Source: Geotalea daltonii FRC-32 (GTDB lineage: Bacteria; Desulfobacterota; Desulfuromonadia; Geobacterales; Geobacteraceae). Taken from it: a stretch of 32,000 bases of DNA. The position numbers and the translations under genes are program-made. Under the pieces are notes generated by a model that searched no databases, was not told the DNA's origin, and saw only the letters and a list, made by a program, of their open reading frames with translations. Positions 1-7,688 of the stretch are shown here, in pieces (the first letter of the stretch is position 1; the number at the start of each line of letters is the position of its first letter). The stretch spans positions 180,001 to 212,000 of the forward strand of contig NC_011979.1 of assembly GCF_000022265.1 (NCBI RefSeq). The letters run 5' to 3'.

Positions 1-1
1 C

Positions 2-283
2 TTGACCCGCTACGACTGGCCCGGCAATATCAGGGAGCTGGAAAACATCATCGAACGGATGTTGAATTATCGGGAAAGCGGACTGATCGAACTGCAGGAC
101 CTTCCCGAAGAGATCGTTGGCCGCCCAGGCGGAATGGCGGCAAAGGCTACCCAGACCTTGGCAGTCATGGAAATGGAGACGATCCAGGCCGCCCTGGCGG
201 AGGCCGGGGGGAACAAGTCCAAAGCAGCGCGGCTCTTGGGTATCAGCCGCTCCAAGCTCTACGAAAAGCTCGGCAGCGACTGA
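2..283 (+). CDS. Sigma-54-dependent transcriptional activator, C-terminal fragment (5' end outside the window)
   Basis: Contains [17 protein letters not shown], the end of the AAA+ sigma-54 interaction domain. It also has a Fis-type HTH (NKSKAARLLGISRSKLYEKL). The ORF runs off the left edge. Confidence 0.85.
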   Translation: MTRYDWPGNIRELENIIERMLNYRESGLIELQDLPEEIVGRPGGMAAKATQTLAVMEMETIQAALAEAGGNKSKAARLLGISRSKLYEKLGSD

Positions 284-295
284 TAGTTATCGAGT

Positions 296-336
296 TGTCT
301 GTACGGAAAACAGACAGTTGTCCGGATTCCGGACAA
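296..336. promoter_or_regulatory. Two adjacent palindromes, candidate enhancer (UAS) sites for the upstream sigma-54 activator
   Basis: TGTCTGT-N7-ACAGACA lies at 296-316. A perfect palindrome TTGTCCGGA-T-TCCGGACAA lies at 318-336. Both sit ~120-150 bp upstream of the -24/-12 promoter. No T-run follows, so they are unlikely to be terminators. Confidence 0.4.
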
Positions 337-452
337 AGATTCACTTGAAGAACACCATTGTTTTATCCTGCCTGCCATGTCTCACTGGAAAAATACTGCA
401 GATTCCAGTAACTTTGCCATATCTTAGCAACTTTAATCACTAAAACATCATT

Positions 453-468
453 TGGCATAACAGTTGCT
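453..468 (+). promoter_or_regulatory. Sigma-54 (-24/-12) promoter
   Basis: TGGCAT-aacag-TTGCT matches the consensus TGGCAC-N5-TTGCW with exact GG-N10-GC spacing. It lies ~70 nt upstream of the ATG at 539. Confidence 0.7.
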
Positions 469-538
469 CTTACTCCGGTAAGCATCACCTCAAGCTGAAC
501 CCTTGCCGATGCCGACACTATCCAGAGAAGGAGCACCT

Positions 539-2599
539 ATGACTTCATCAAAGCAGGTATTAACCGATTGCACCCTTTGCTATCACAGCTGCGGCACCAC
601 CGTTACCGTCGAGGACGGCAAGGCGGTAAAGGTGGAGGGGCTGAAGGGGCACCCCATCAACTCCGACCAGCTTTGTCCAAAGGGTGAAGCGGCCCTTACC
701 CATGTCTACTCTCCCCATCGCATCAAAACACCATTGAAGAAAGTGGATGGAAAGTTCGTGGAAATAACCTGGGACCAGGCACTGGACGAGATCTCCGCCA
801 AGCTGCTCAAGCTGAAAGAGGAGTTCGGCCCCAGCGTCCTTGGCGTGTTCAGCGGTTCCATCGGCGTCGAAAACCTGGAGATGGCTCAATTGACACAGAG
901 ATTCAAGGCGGCCTTCGGCTCCCCCAACTTCTTCTCCGTGGAAAGCATCTGCTATCGCATGCGCATCCGCACCAGGCAGATCACCTTCGGCAAGTACCCT
1001 ACTGAAGAACTGGATTCCAAGCTCTACATTCTCTGGGGACATAATCCGGACGCCAGTGATTTCCCTCTGAAACTGGCCCTGGAGCGGAATCTTGCCAAGG
1101 GTTCAAAACTGGTGGTCATCGACCCCCGGCGAACGCCAATGGCTGATCAGGCGGACATGTACCTGAAGATCCGTCCCGGCACCGATGGCGCCATGGCCAT
1201 GGCCATGCTCCATGTGATCATCAAGGAAGACCTGGTCGACCATGAGTTTGTCGACAAATTCACCATCGGCTTCGACAAGCTGGTACCCCATGTGGAGCCC
1301 TTTACCCCGGAATGGGCAGAGGAGATCACTTGGGTTCCCGCAGACAAAATACGGGAGTTGGCGCGACTTTTCGCCACCACCAAGGGGGCTTCCATTTTCC
1401 AGGGAACCTGTACCCAGGACCAGACCGCCGGCGGCACCCAGAACAGCCGCGCCTTTTCCGTGCTTCAGATCATTACCGGCAATATCAACGTCCCCGGCGG
1501 CTGGGTGATCAGCCCCCGCCCCCACTTCGGCAATGTGGGGCTCAACGTGGAGGGGGACCCTTTAGGCATGGATGAATACCCGCTCTTTATCGAGGTCTGG
1601 GGGAGAAAGAGTCCCTACGGCGTCATCACCATGGTGCCGGAGGCGATCCCCGACAAGTTGAAGGCTTTCTATGTGGTGGGAGGCAATCCCCTCGTCTCCA
1701 TGGCCGATTCCAATGCCTTCCGCGAGGCCTTCCGTCGCCTGGATCTCCTGGTGGTCCATGACATGTTCATGACCGAGACTGCCCAGGAGGCCCACTATGT
1801 GCTGCCTGCCTGTTCCCACCTGGAAAAGTGGGGTCTGGCCTATACTTACAACGTCTGCCACTGTCTGCCCTATCTGATGCTGCGCAAGAAGTGCATCGAA
1901 CCCATCGGCGAAAGCTGGTCGGAATGGAAGGTCTTCACCGAGTTGGCCAAGAGGCTCGGCATCGGCGACAAGTTCCCCTGGCAGAGTGAAGAAGAACTGA
2001 TCCAGTTCGAACTGGGACCGACCGGCATTACCTTCGAGCAGATGCTCCACGACCAGCCGGAAGGACTTTATTACGGCGAGAAGAAATACGTGGTCAAGGA
2101 CGGGATGTTCGCGACCCCTACCGGCAAGATCGAAATCTACAGCGATGCCCTGGCCCAGGTGGGAGCCAACCCACTGCCGGAATACATCGAGCCTGAGCGG
2201 AGCCCCAGGAACAGCGATGCCAAGTACCTGAAAAAATATCCGCTGATCCTTTCCACCGGCCACCGCAACTACTACTACGTGCACAGCCAGTTCCGCGGCA
2301 TCGACGAGCTGAAGGCTGAGGCTCCTCACCCCGTAGCCGAAATGGGGCTGAAGACCGGCTCCACCTACGGTCTGGCCAGTGGCGACGACATCCTTATCGA
2401 GACCAACCGCGGCTCCATCAAGATGAAGGTGGCTTTGGATGAGCGGGTGGCGGAAGGCTGCATCTTCGTTCCCCATGGCTGGTCGGGTGAGGCCAATGCC
2501 AATCTGCTCACCGACACGGATTGCCGGGAGAAAATTCTCGGCTACCCCGACGTCAAGTCTTTGATGTGCTCGGTGCGCAAGCTCTCAGCCGCAGCGTGA
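539..2599 (+). CDS. Molybdopterin (Mo/W-bis-PGD) oxidoreductase of the DMSO-reductase superfamily; cytoplasmic and stand-alone
   Basis: N-terminal 4Fe-4S motif C-TL-C-YHS-C...LCPKG. Family blocks LVVIDPRRTPMADQADMYLKIRPGTDGA and a C-terminal dinucleotide-binding barrel (ILIETNRGSIKMKV...CIFVPHGW). No twin-arginine signal. I prefer the start at 539 (GAGAAGGAG SD) over the TTG at 503. Confidence 0.9.
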   Translation: MTSSKQVLTDCTLCYHSCGTTVTVEDGKAVKVEGLKGHPINSDQLCPKGEAALTHVYSPHRIKTPLKKVDGKFVEITWDQALDEISAKLLKLKEEFGPSVLGVFSGSIGVENLEMAQLTQRFKAAFGSPNFFSVESICYRMRIRTRQITFGKYPTEELDSKLYILWGHNPDASDFPLKLALERNLAKGSKLVVIDPRRTPMADQADMYLKIRPGTDGAMAMAMLHVIIKEDLVDHEFVDKFTIGFDKLVPHVEPFTPEWAEEITWVPADKIRELARLFATTKGASIFQGTCTQDQTAGGTQNSRAFSVLQIITGNINVPGGWVISPRPHFGNVGLNVEGDPLGMDEYPLFIEVWGRKSPYGVITMVPEAIPDKLKAFYVVGGNPLVSMADSNAFREAFRRLDLLVVHDMFMTETAQEAHYVLPACSHLEKWGLAYTYNVCHCLPYLMLRKKCIEPIGESWSEWKVFTELAKRLGIGDKFPWQSEEELIQFELGPTGITFEQMLHDQPEGLYYGEKKYVVKDGMFATPTGKIEIYSDALAQVGANPLPEYIEPERSPRNSDAKYLKKYPLILSTGHRNYYYVHSQFRGIDELKAEAPHPVAEMGLKTGSTYGLASGDDILIETNRGSIKMKVALDERVAEGCIFVPHGWSGEANANLLTDTDCREKILGYPDVKSLMCSVRKLSAAA

Positions 2600-2625
2600 T
2601 CAGTATCTCCATCGGAGGAGGAGTC

Positions 2626-3321
2626 ATGCACGTCCACAGACATCACAAGATAAGGACAGCAGGCCGGCTTGCCGGAGGGAAGATTACGGGCATGACCGGC
2701 GTCATACTGGCGGGAGGGAAGTCGAGCCGCATGGGTTACCACAACAAGGCGCTCCTCCTCCACCGGGGAGGACGAATGATCGAGGGGATCTACCGCACCC
2801 TTGCCGAACTCTTCACGGAGGTGATCATCGTCACCAACACGCCGCAGCATTACCAGTTCCTCCCCTGCCGGAAGGTGTCCGACATCTTCCCGGGGAAGGG
2901 AGTGACAGCCGGCATCCATGCGGCGCTCAGCCAGTGCAACGAGGAGGCCGTCTTTACCGTTGCCTGCGATATGCCCCACCTGAACCCGCAATTGATCCGG
3001 CACCTGGCCCAGCAGTACCAGGACGTGGATGTGGTCATTCCCAGAAGCGATGGTGGCTATGAGCCCCTCCATGCCATTTATGGCATGGGGTGTCTCCCGG
3101 CACTGGAAGAACTGCTGGATAAAGGGGAACAGCGGGTCATCTCGGTGCTCCCCAAGGTTCGGGTAAAGGAGGTGGAGGCGGCAGAAGTGGCCCGGTTCGA
3201 TCCCGGATTCTGTTCCTTCGCCAATATCAATACCCCGGACGATTATTACCGGTTGCGCAATGCTGAAAAGGACCCTGACCCTTTGGGACAGGAAAATGAG
3301 ATGCTTTTGCAGTCGTCTTAG
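2626..3321 (+). CDS. mobA: Molybdenum cofactor guanylyltransferase
   Basis: GVILAGGKSSRMG nucleotide-binding motif and MobA size. It sits directly downstream of the Mo enzyme. The ATG at 2626 is preceded by GGAGGAGGAG; an alternative start at 2692 is possible. Confidence 0.85.
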   Translation: MHVHRHHKIRTAGRLAGGKITGMTGVILAGGKSSRMGYHNKALLLHRGGRMIEGIYRTLAELFTEVIIVTNTPQHYQFLPCRKVSDIFPGKGVTAGIHAALSQCNEEAVFTVACDMPHLNPQLIRHLAQQYQDVDVVIPRSDGGYEPLHAIYGMGCLPALEELLDKGEQRVISVLPKVRVKEVEAAEVARFDPGFCSFANINTPDDYYRLRNAEKDPDPLGQENEMLLQSS

Positions 3322-3406
3322 CGGCCGTGGTTGTAACAGGCTGTTAGGTAAAGACCGGCCACACCAAGCAACGTAAGTGAACAAGAGTGGTAAAGAGCAA
3401 CAGGAT

Positions 3407-3447
3407 CGGGGCAGGAATTGAAGGTAAATTCCTGCCCCGGTTTTTTT
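3407..3447 (+). terminator. Rho-independent terminator after mobA
   Basis: 13-bp perfect stem CGGGGCAGGAATT / AATTCCTGCCCCG with a 7-nt loop, followed by GTTTTTTT. Confidence 0.75.
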
Positions 3448-3448
3448 G

Positions 3449-3540
3449 CGGAAGAGTTGTTAATGTTTCGCTGTGGCGATGCCGTAACCGGTGGTTTGCC
3501 GGTTCGCCGTTGGACGCTAAAAACCAGCAAACAATGTCCC
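3449..3540 (+). repeat. Degenerate copy of the 114-bp inverted-repeat element (family C)
   Basis: Right end GCTAAAAACCAGCAAACAATGTCCC (3516-3540) matches the right ends of C1 and C2. The left end GGAAGAGTTGTT is only weakly similar. A T-run follows. Confidence 0.4.
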
Positions 3541-3555
3541 TTTTTTTGCTCGAAA

Positions 3556-3590
3556 ATGAAAAGGGGAATAGCTGGATCGCTATTCCCTTT
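3556..3590 (-). terminator. Possible terminator hairpin after the BNR-protein gene
   Basis: On the minus strand, GGGAATAGC-gatcca-GCTATTCCC is followed by CTTTTCATTTTC. The U-tract is imperfect. Confidence 0.4.
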
Positions 3591-3607
3591 TCCGGTGTTT
3601 CCCGTAG

Positions 3608-4858
3608 TTATCTCTCTCGTATCCAAAGCAGATTCGAGCCGTCGTTGTTCTGTTCGTCGGCCACCGAAAGATTAGCCTTGTTAGAGCTGTCCAGAATCAG
3701 ACGAGGATTCGATTGTCCCTTCACGCTGGCCGGTGCGGACCAGGTAGCGCCGTTGTCGTCGGAACGCCAGACTTTGATGCCGGTAAAGGTGTAATTCCAG
3801 TCCACGACCGTTCCGGTTTCAGAGGCTACAGTAATGACTTTGGTCGGCGAGACCACTACACTCGGGCCAGAGGTGATCCCACCATAGGAATGGTCGGCAA
3901 TCAGGGTACGCGCTCTCCAGGTCGTGCCGCCATCGGTTGTAACCATGAGAGACAAGCTTTCTGTCGGCACTCCTCCAATAACTGCAATGTAGTAAGAGTT
4001 TGAATCCGCAACCGCCAGAGAAAGGTCCTGGCTCATGCTTCCCAGGTCAGCTACCAGTTGCGGTGCCGACCAGTTGTATGATAAAGCAGGCTTCTTGTTG
4101 AGATAGACCGACTTTGAATCGGCGACGTATGCGGCGTAGACGTTGTCGGATGAATCTACTGCCAACGCCGGTTCACCCACACGCATTTGATACGCCGGCA
4201 ACGGCAGTACCGTAGGCTCGGAGAAAATTCCCCCGGGGGCTTGCGCGCCAGTGTAATACAAGGTCTCAGCCGGCTGTGCACCAGTCAACGATCCATACAC
4301 AACGTGAATGCTGCCGCTTGCGGTGACTACGAGTTCGGCTCCGTTCATGACATTTGTGGTGCCGTTGATCTTGACGGGCGCGCTCCAGCCGTTCTGATCC
4401 GGTCGTGTCGCGAAGAAGGAGTAATAGATGTTGTCCACACCGCTGCTCTCGGTTGATTTCCATATGGTATGGACAATCTTCTGTCCCGGGTAGAGAGGGT
4501 CGTTGCTGATGGCTACTCGGGCGCTGAATTGGTCAACCGCCGTAAAGGCGACGGGGAATGCAGAGAAATCGGAGGTTTGAAGGGCTGTGGATCGGCCCCA
4601 CAAAGCTCCTCTGTTGGCGCTTTTTACGATTCGCACCGCGTCCTGAATTCGGCCGTTGGTGTTTGCCATGGCCGCAGTCTCGGTGCCAAATGTTGCATAA
4701 AAATTCTGGCCATCAACAGCCATACGACCATGCCCTCTGCCGGGTACGCCTTCCCCGAATTTGACAGGAGCATTGAATAAAGGGGTCGATGCTGCAAAGG
4801 CCAGGCTGGAACTTACTGTCAGTGCAACAACGAGTGCTACTAATACATTTTTTCTCAT
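3608..4858 (-). CDS. Exported BNR/Asp-box repeat protein (sialidase-like beta-propeller fold), function unknown
   Basis: Signal peptide MRKNVLVALVVALTVSSSLAFAAS. Asp-boxes TTDGGTTW and SDDNGATW, plus a degenerate SANRGALW. Strong SD AGAGGAGGA. Confidence 0.8.
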   Translation of the reverse strand: MRKNVLVALVVALTVSSSLAFAASTPLFNAPVKFGEGVPGRGHGRMAVDGQNFYATFGTETAAMANTNGRIQDAVRIVKSANRGALWGRSTALQTSDFSAFPVAFTAVDQFSARVAISNDPLYPGQKIVHTIWKSTESSGVDNIYYSFFATRPDQNGWSAPVKINGTTNVMNGAELVVTASGSIHVVYGSLTGAQPAETLYYTGAQAPGGIFSEPTVLPLPAYQMRVGEPALAVDSSDNVYAAYVADSKSVYLNKKPALSYNWSAPQLVADLGSMSQDLSLAVADSNSYYIAVIGGVPTESLSLMVTTDGGTTWRARTLIADHSYGGITSGPSVVVSPTKVITVASETGTVVDWNYTFTGIKVWRSDDNGATWSAPASVKGQSNPRLILDSSNKANLSVADEQNNDGSNLLWIRER

Positions 4859-4897
4859 GAATCCTCCTCTGTATTTGTGCCGTTAAGGCTGGCAGGC

Positions 4898-4927
4898 ATT
4901 CTAAGGAAAAAAGTTAGCTTGAGTCAA
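4898..4927 (-). promoter_or_regulatory. Sigma-70-type promoter candidate for the BNR-protein gene
   Basis: Minus-strand TTGACT (4927-4922), 18-nt spacer, TAGAAT (4903-4898). Lies ~40 nt upstream of the ATG. Confidence 0.4.
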
Positions 4928-5181
4928 TATATAATTTTCAATTACAAAATACAAAGGCCGGCAAGGTCGGGCGTGTTTCCACTCTGGAAGTTTCTCCTAT
5001 TGCTACGGCCCGTCTCAAGATCGGCCTGTCGCAGAGCGAATTTGCAAAATTGCTTGTTGTATCGCTCCGCACCCTCCAAGAATGGGAGCAAGGGCGGCGA
5101 ACTCCCTCCGGAGCAGCGAAGTCTCTTATCACTATTGCCATCAAGAAACCGGAGCTTATAAAAGAACTGCTGGCTGCTTGA
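4918..5181 (+). pseudogene. N-terminally truncated XRE/COG2944-type HTH antitoxin fragment with no usable start codon
   Basis: The frame reads ...GKVGRVSTLEVSPIATARLKIGLSQSEFAKLLVVSLRTLQEWEQGRRTPSGAAKSLITIAIKKPELIKELLAA*. The motif LSQxEFAxLLxVSxRTLQxWEQGRRxPSG is typical of HigA/MqsA-like antitoxins. Between the upstream stop (4915) and the HTH there is no ATG, GTG or TTG. It is absent from the ORF track. Confidence 0.55.
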
Positions 5182-5312
5182 TGCTTTCAATTATGGTGAA
5201 ACGTGTAGCTCTGACACCAATATGTTACCCCCGCCAAGATAAAAGCGAAAAACTCTTTACACTGCCAGACGGATCGCTGAAACAATTTTGATCTGCTCCA
5301 CTCTCTCTAACA

Positions 5313-5330
5313 AACCAGCAAACAACATCC
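5313..5330 (+). repeat. Degenerate right end of family C element
   Basis: AACCAGCAAACAACATCC is followed by a CT-rich tail (CTCTTTTTCCCCTTTTTCCCC). The upstream GCTGAAACAAT resembles the internal GCTGAAATTAT of C1 and C2. Confidence 0.4.
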
Positions 5331-5626
5331 TCTTTTTCCCCTTTTTCCCCTCTCGCGATATACGAAAATGAAAAAATAATTTGTTGTGTTGTTGTTGCCC
5401 GGTGATATAAGAATATTAATTATACTTTAATAATTTATCGCTTAGGAGTTTATTTTTTTACGACAAGGCTAGTGAGTCGGAATCCTGTAGAACCAAGGCA
5501 TTGTGAAAGGAGGTGAGTTCTTGTGATTGGGAATTGTGGTATTCACTTATTCCACAAACTTAAATTAATCCGGGCAAAGTTTGTTCCCGCACCTTTTGAC
5601 AAAACCTCGTTCAAATGGAGGGGCGT

Positions 5627-6346
5627 ATGAAACTGAATAAGCGGATGAAAGGGTATCTCTTAGGAGCGACAATAGCCTTCTTGCTGGTGGTTGCAGGTAA
5701 CACCTCAGCTCAGACATTCTGTCCGAGCCCGAAACGACCAATCGACTGTACCGTCGACTTAAAGTCGGGGACAGCTTCCCCCGGTTGCAGTATCGCACCG
5801 TTGAGCCTGCTCGTGGCACCCGTCGACTCGAATGGTGACGGGTGGTTTGAGGCATGTGTCCATGTTGATCTCAATCCTGCGTTTGGGAATACTAAAATCG
5901 CAGTGGCGACAAAGTACGGGCATGCACCCTCTGACTGGACCTTCAACGTTGGAGATTCTCTCACCAATAATGGCTTTGGTGGTGATAGCAGTACTCAGAG
6001 TAATGATAGCGAAGCGCAAGTCCTGAACAAGACGCTTACGATCTTCGCCAATGATAATGGGCCCGGGGATAGAATTTCTGAGGTCATATTCCCTAGGCTC
6101 GCCGGCCAAAAAGTCTGCTACGAGATCCGCGATCAATTCATCGGCTGGAGTGAAGGTGCATTGAGTGGGAGTTCGTCAACGCCGAACCCCACGCAGATGC
6201 TCTTTGCATTAGCAGGAGAGAGTGACTCGGAGGGACCAATTAACTACGACGTCTTTATCTGCGGCAACCGCGTGGTGGATGGTGGCAATCCCACCACACG
6301 GACGGGAAAGGGACTTCGGCGGATGCAAATCCAACTACAGCCGTGA
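5627..6346 (+). CDS. Exported hypothetical protein
   Basis: Signal peptide MKLNKRMKGYLLGATIAFLLVVAGNTSAQ. SD GGAGG lies 5 nt upstream of the ATG at 5627. I recognise no family. Confidence 0.6.
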   Translation: MKLNKRMKGYLLGATIAFLLVVAGNTSAQTFCPSPKRPIDCTVDLKSGTASPGCSIAPLSLLVAPVDSNGDGWFEACVHVDLNPAFGNTKIAVATKYGHAPSDWTFNVGDSLTNNGFGGDSSTQSNDSEAQVLNKTLTIFANDNGPGDRISEVIFPRLAGQKVCYEIRDQFIGWSEGALSGSSSTPNPTQMLFALAGESDSEGPINYDVFICGNRVVDGGNPTTRTGKGLRRMQIQLQP

Positions 6347-6361
6347 GTAGACAATTTCCAA

Positions 6362-6553
6362 GAGAGGTCGATGGGACGTTGTTTGAGAGGTCGAGGGGAC
6401 GTTGTTTGTTTGTTGATTTGTACATACTAACTAGCTGAAATTATGTGTATGGAGTCAACTGCCTCTCGATGCGGAAAATATGTTAGCAAACCAGCAAACA
6501 ACGTCCCCTTTTCCTCTCTCGTCCCCTTTTCCTCTCTTTTCCTTTTCTGCCCT
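6362..6553 (+). repeat. Family C element copy C1 (MITE-like, 114-bp core 6395-6508)
   Basis: 14-bp perfect terminal inverted repeats GGGGACGTTGTTTG (6395-6408) and CAAACAACGTCCCC (6495-6508). The left end is tandemly duplicated over 23 bp (6362-6384). A CT-rich tail follows. Confidence 0.8.
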
Positions 6554-6554
6554 C

Positions 6555-6647
6555 TTTGCTAATATCAATACTCCGGAGGATTATTACCGGTTGCGCAATG
6601 AGGGTGCGCAGGATGGAGAGGTGCAACCGTGCAGGTGTTGCCGGTGA
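6555..6647 (+). pseudogene. Displaced 3'-terminal fragment of a mobA gene
   Basis: 6555-6600 matches mobA 3217-3262 at 42 of 46 nt. Three differences are synonymous third-position changes and one gives D to E (FANINTPEDYYRLRN). The frame stays open to TGA at 6645 and a good terminator follows. Confidence 0.6.
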
Positions 6648-6684
6648 TGAGTTAAAGCCGGTAATTTCTTTTGGATGCAAAAAA

Positions 6685-6717
6685 AAGCATCTTCCGTTGT
6701 GGAGGATGCTTTTTTTG
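6685..6717 (+). terminator. Rho-independent terminator, probably the ancestral mobA terminator
   Basis: AGCATCTTCC-gttgt-GGAGGATGCT (one wobble position) followed by TTTTTTTG. An A-run precedes it, so it could act in both directions. Confidence 0.7.
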
Positions 6718-7025
6718 TTGTAAACAAGGTTCCAAAGATAGCTTCATTAACAGCAAACTGTATAAAAATATTAATTGACATTTCTTGTTTATAAATGAGA
6801 TATTTCTGGCCTACATAAAGGGGCAAATGTCAAAGAGAAAAAACCAGGTGTTGTCAAGGGTCCAGTGTAGCAATGGGTCCAAATCTCAAAGTCAGGCAGG
6901 CGCTATTCCAGTGCCGGCAATTGTGAACTGTTACATTGCGCTTAAGCGCCGCTGCCGACCATTAGATTTACAAAATGATCGCGCCACGAGCACGAAATAA
7001 CATCAACTCACAAGGGAGAGTGAAG

Positions 7026-7364
7026 ATGAAGATACTGCGATTAGTTTTGGCCATGGTTTTTGCCGGTATAATTTTGCTTTTCAACAACGTGGAGGAAAGC
7101 ACAGCGGGAAATATCGCGACATACAACTGTAATATTGTTGATAAAGATGTTCAGGTGAAGTTTAGATATATGACGTTAGCATCTAAACGGATCCTGATCA
7201 GCACAAACAAGAGAAGTGTGGAAGTAAATTCAGATGACAGCTGGGCGACATTCTATATGCTAGCACACACAGACAGCACGGGGCTGGTTGAGGTTCAGTA
7301 CGAGATCGGAGCCTGGGCAACATATTTTGAGATATTGTCGTGCGCCGAGGTCATATATCCGTAA
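7026..7364 (+). CDS. Small exported or membrane-anchored hypothetical protein (112 aa)
   Basis: N-terminal hydrophobic signal MKILRLVLAMVFAGIILLF. SD GGGAGAG upstream. A clean terminator follows. Confidence 0.55.
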   Translation: MKILRLVLAMVFAGIILLFNNVEESTAGNIATYNCNIVDKDVQVKFRYMTLASKRILISTNKRSVEVNSDDSWATFYMLAHTDSTGLVEVQYEIGAWATYFEILSCAEVIYP

Positions 7365-7403
7365 CAGCAGAACCAGGCCACTGAAGCCAGAAACATTTCT
7401 GGA

Positions 7404-7433
7404 GGGGCAACGAATAAGTCGTTGCCCCTTTTG
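7404..7433 (+). terminator. Rho-independent terminator
   Basis: GGGGCAACG-aataagt-CGTTGCCCC followed by TTTTG. Confidence 0.75.
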
Positions 7434-7449
7434 TCTCAATTGAAGTAGG

Positions 7450-7600
7450 GAGAGGTCGAGGGGACGTTGTTTGTTTGTCGATTTGTACATACTAACTAGC
7501 TGAAATTATGTGTATGGAGTCAACTGCCTCTCGATGCTAAAAATATGTTAGCAAACCAGCAAACAACGTCCCCTTTTCTGCCTTTTCTGCCCCTTGCTCT
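7450..7600 (+). repeat. Family C element copy C2 (core 7460-7573)
   Basis: Same 114-bp core as C1 with only 3 substitutions. Same 14-bp terminal inverted repeats. Tail has CCTTTTCTGC twice. Confidence 0.8.
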
Positions 7601-7688
7601 GCTGTCCACTTTTGTAATTTGTAGATCCCTCTTATCCGTATTCCGCCGCAGACCTTACCTTAGGGTTGTCCAACTTCTCACTCTTATT

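Noticed and set aside
539-2599. The Mo/W enzyme as acetylene hydratase, or as a selenocysteine formate dehydrogenase.
   Set aside because: The Asp that follows the second [4Fe-4S] cysteine in acetylene hydratase is Tyr here. There is no in-frame TGA, and a Cys occupies the likely metal-ligand position, so a Sec-FDH is not supported. Only family-level assignment is justified.
2521-2625. The upstream extension of mobA (track start 2521) overlapping the end of the Mo-enzyme gene.
   Set aside because: The extension is Arg/Ser-rich and has no SD. The ATG at 2626 has a GGAGGAGGAG SD and gives a MobA-sized product.
6785-7000. A 57-71-aa basic ORF between the ancestral mobA terminator and the 112-aa gene, with a possible TTGACA-N18-GATATT promoter at 6775-6804.
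   Set aside because: The SD is weak, there are no recognisable motifs, and the region may simply be the 5' leader of the downstream gene. The evidence is insufficient to call it.
3449-7600. Family C elements as integron attC sites, with the accessory ORFs as an integron cassette array.
   Set aside because: The element ends do not match the attC core sites (RYYYAAC / GTTRRRY). No intI integrase or attI is present. One cassette (BNR protein) is in the opposite orientation relative to the element.
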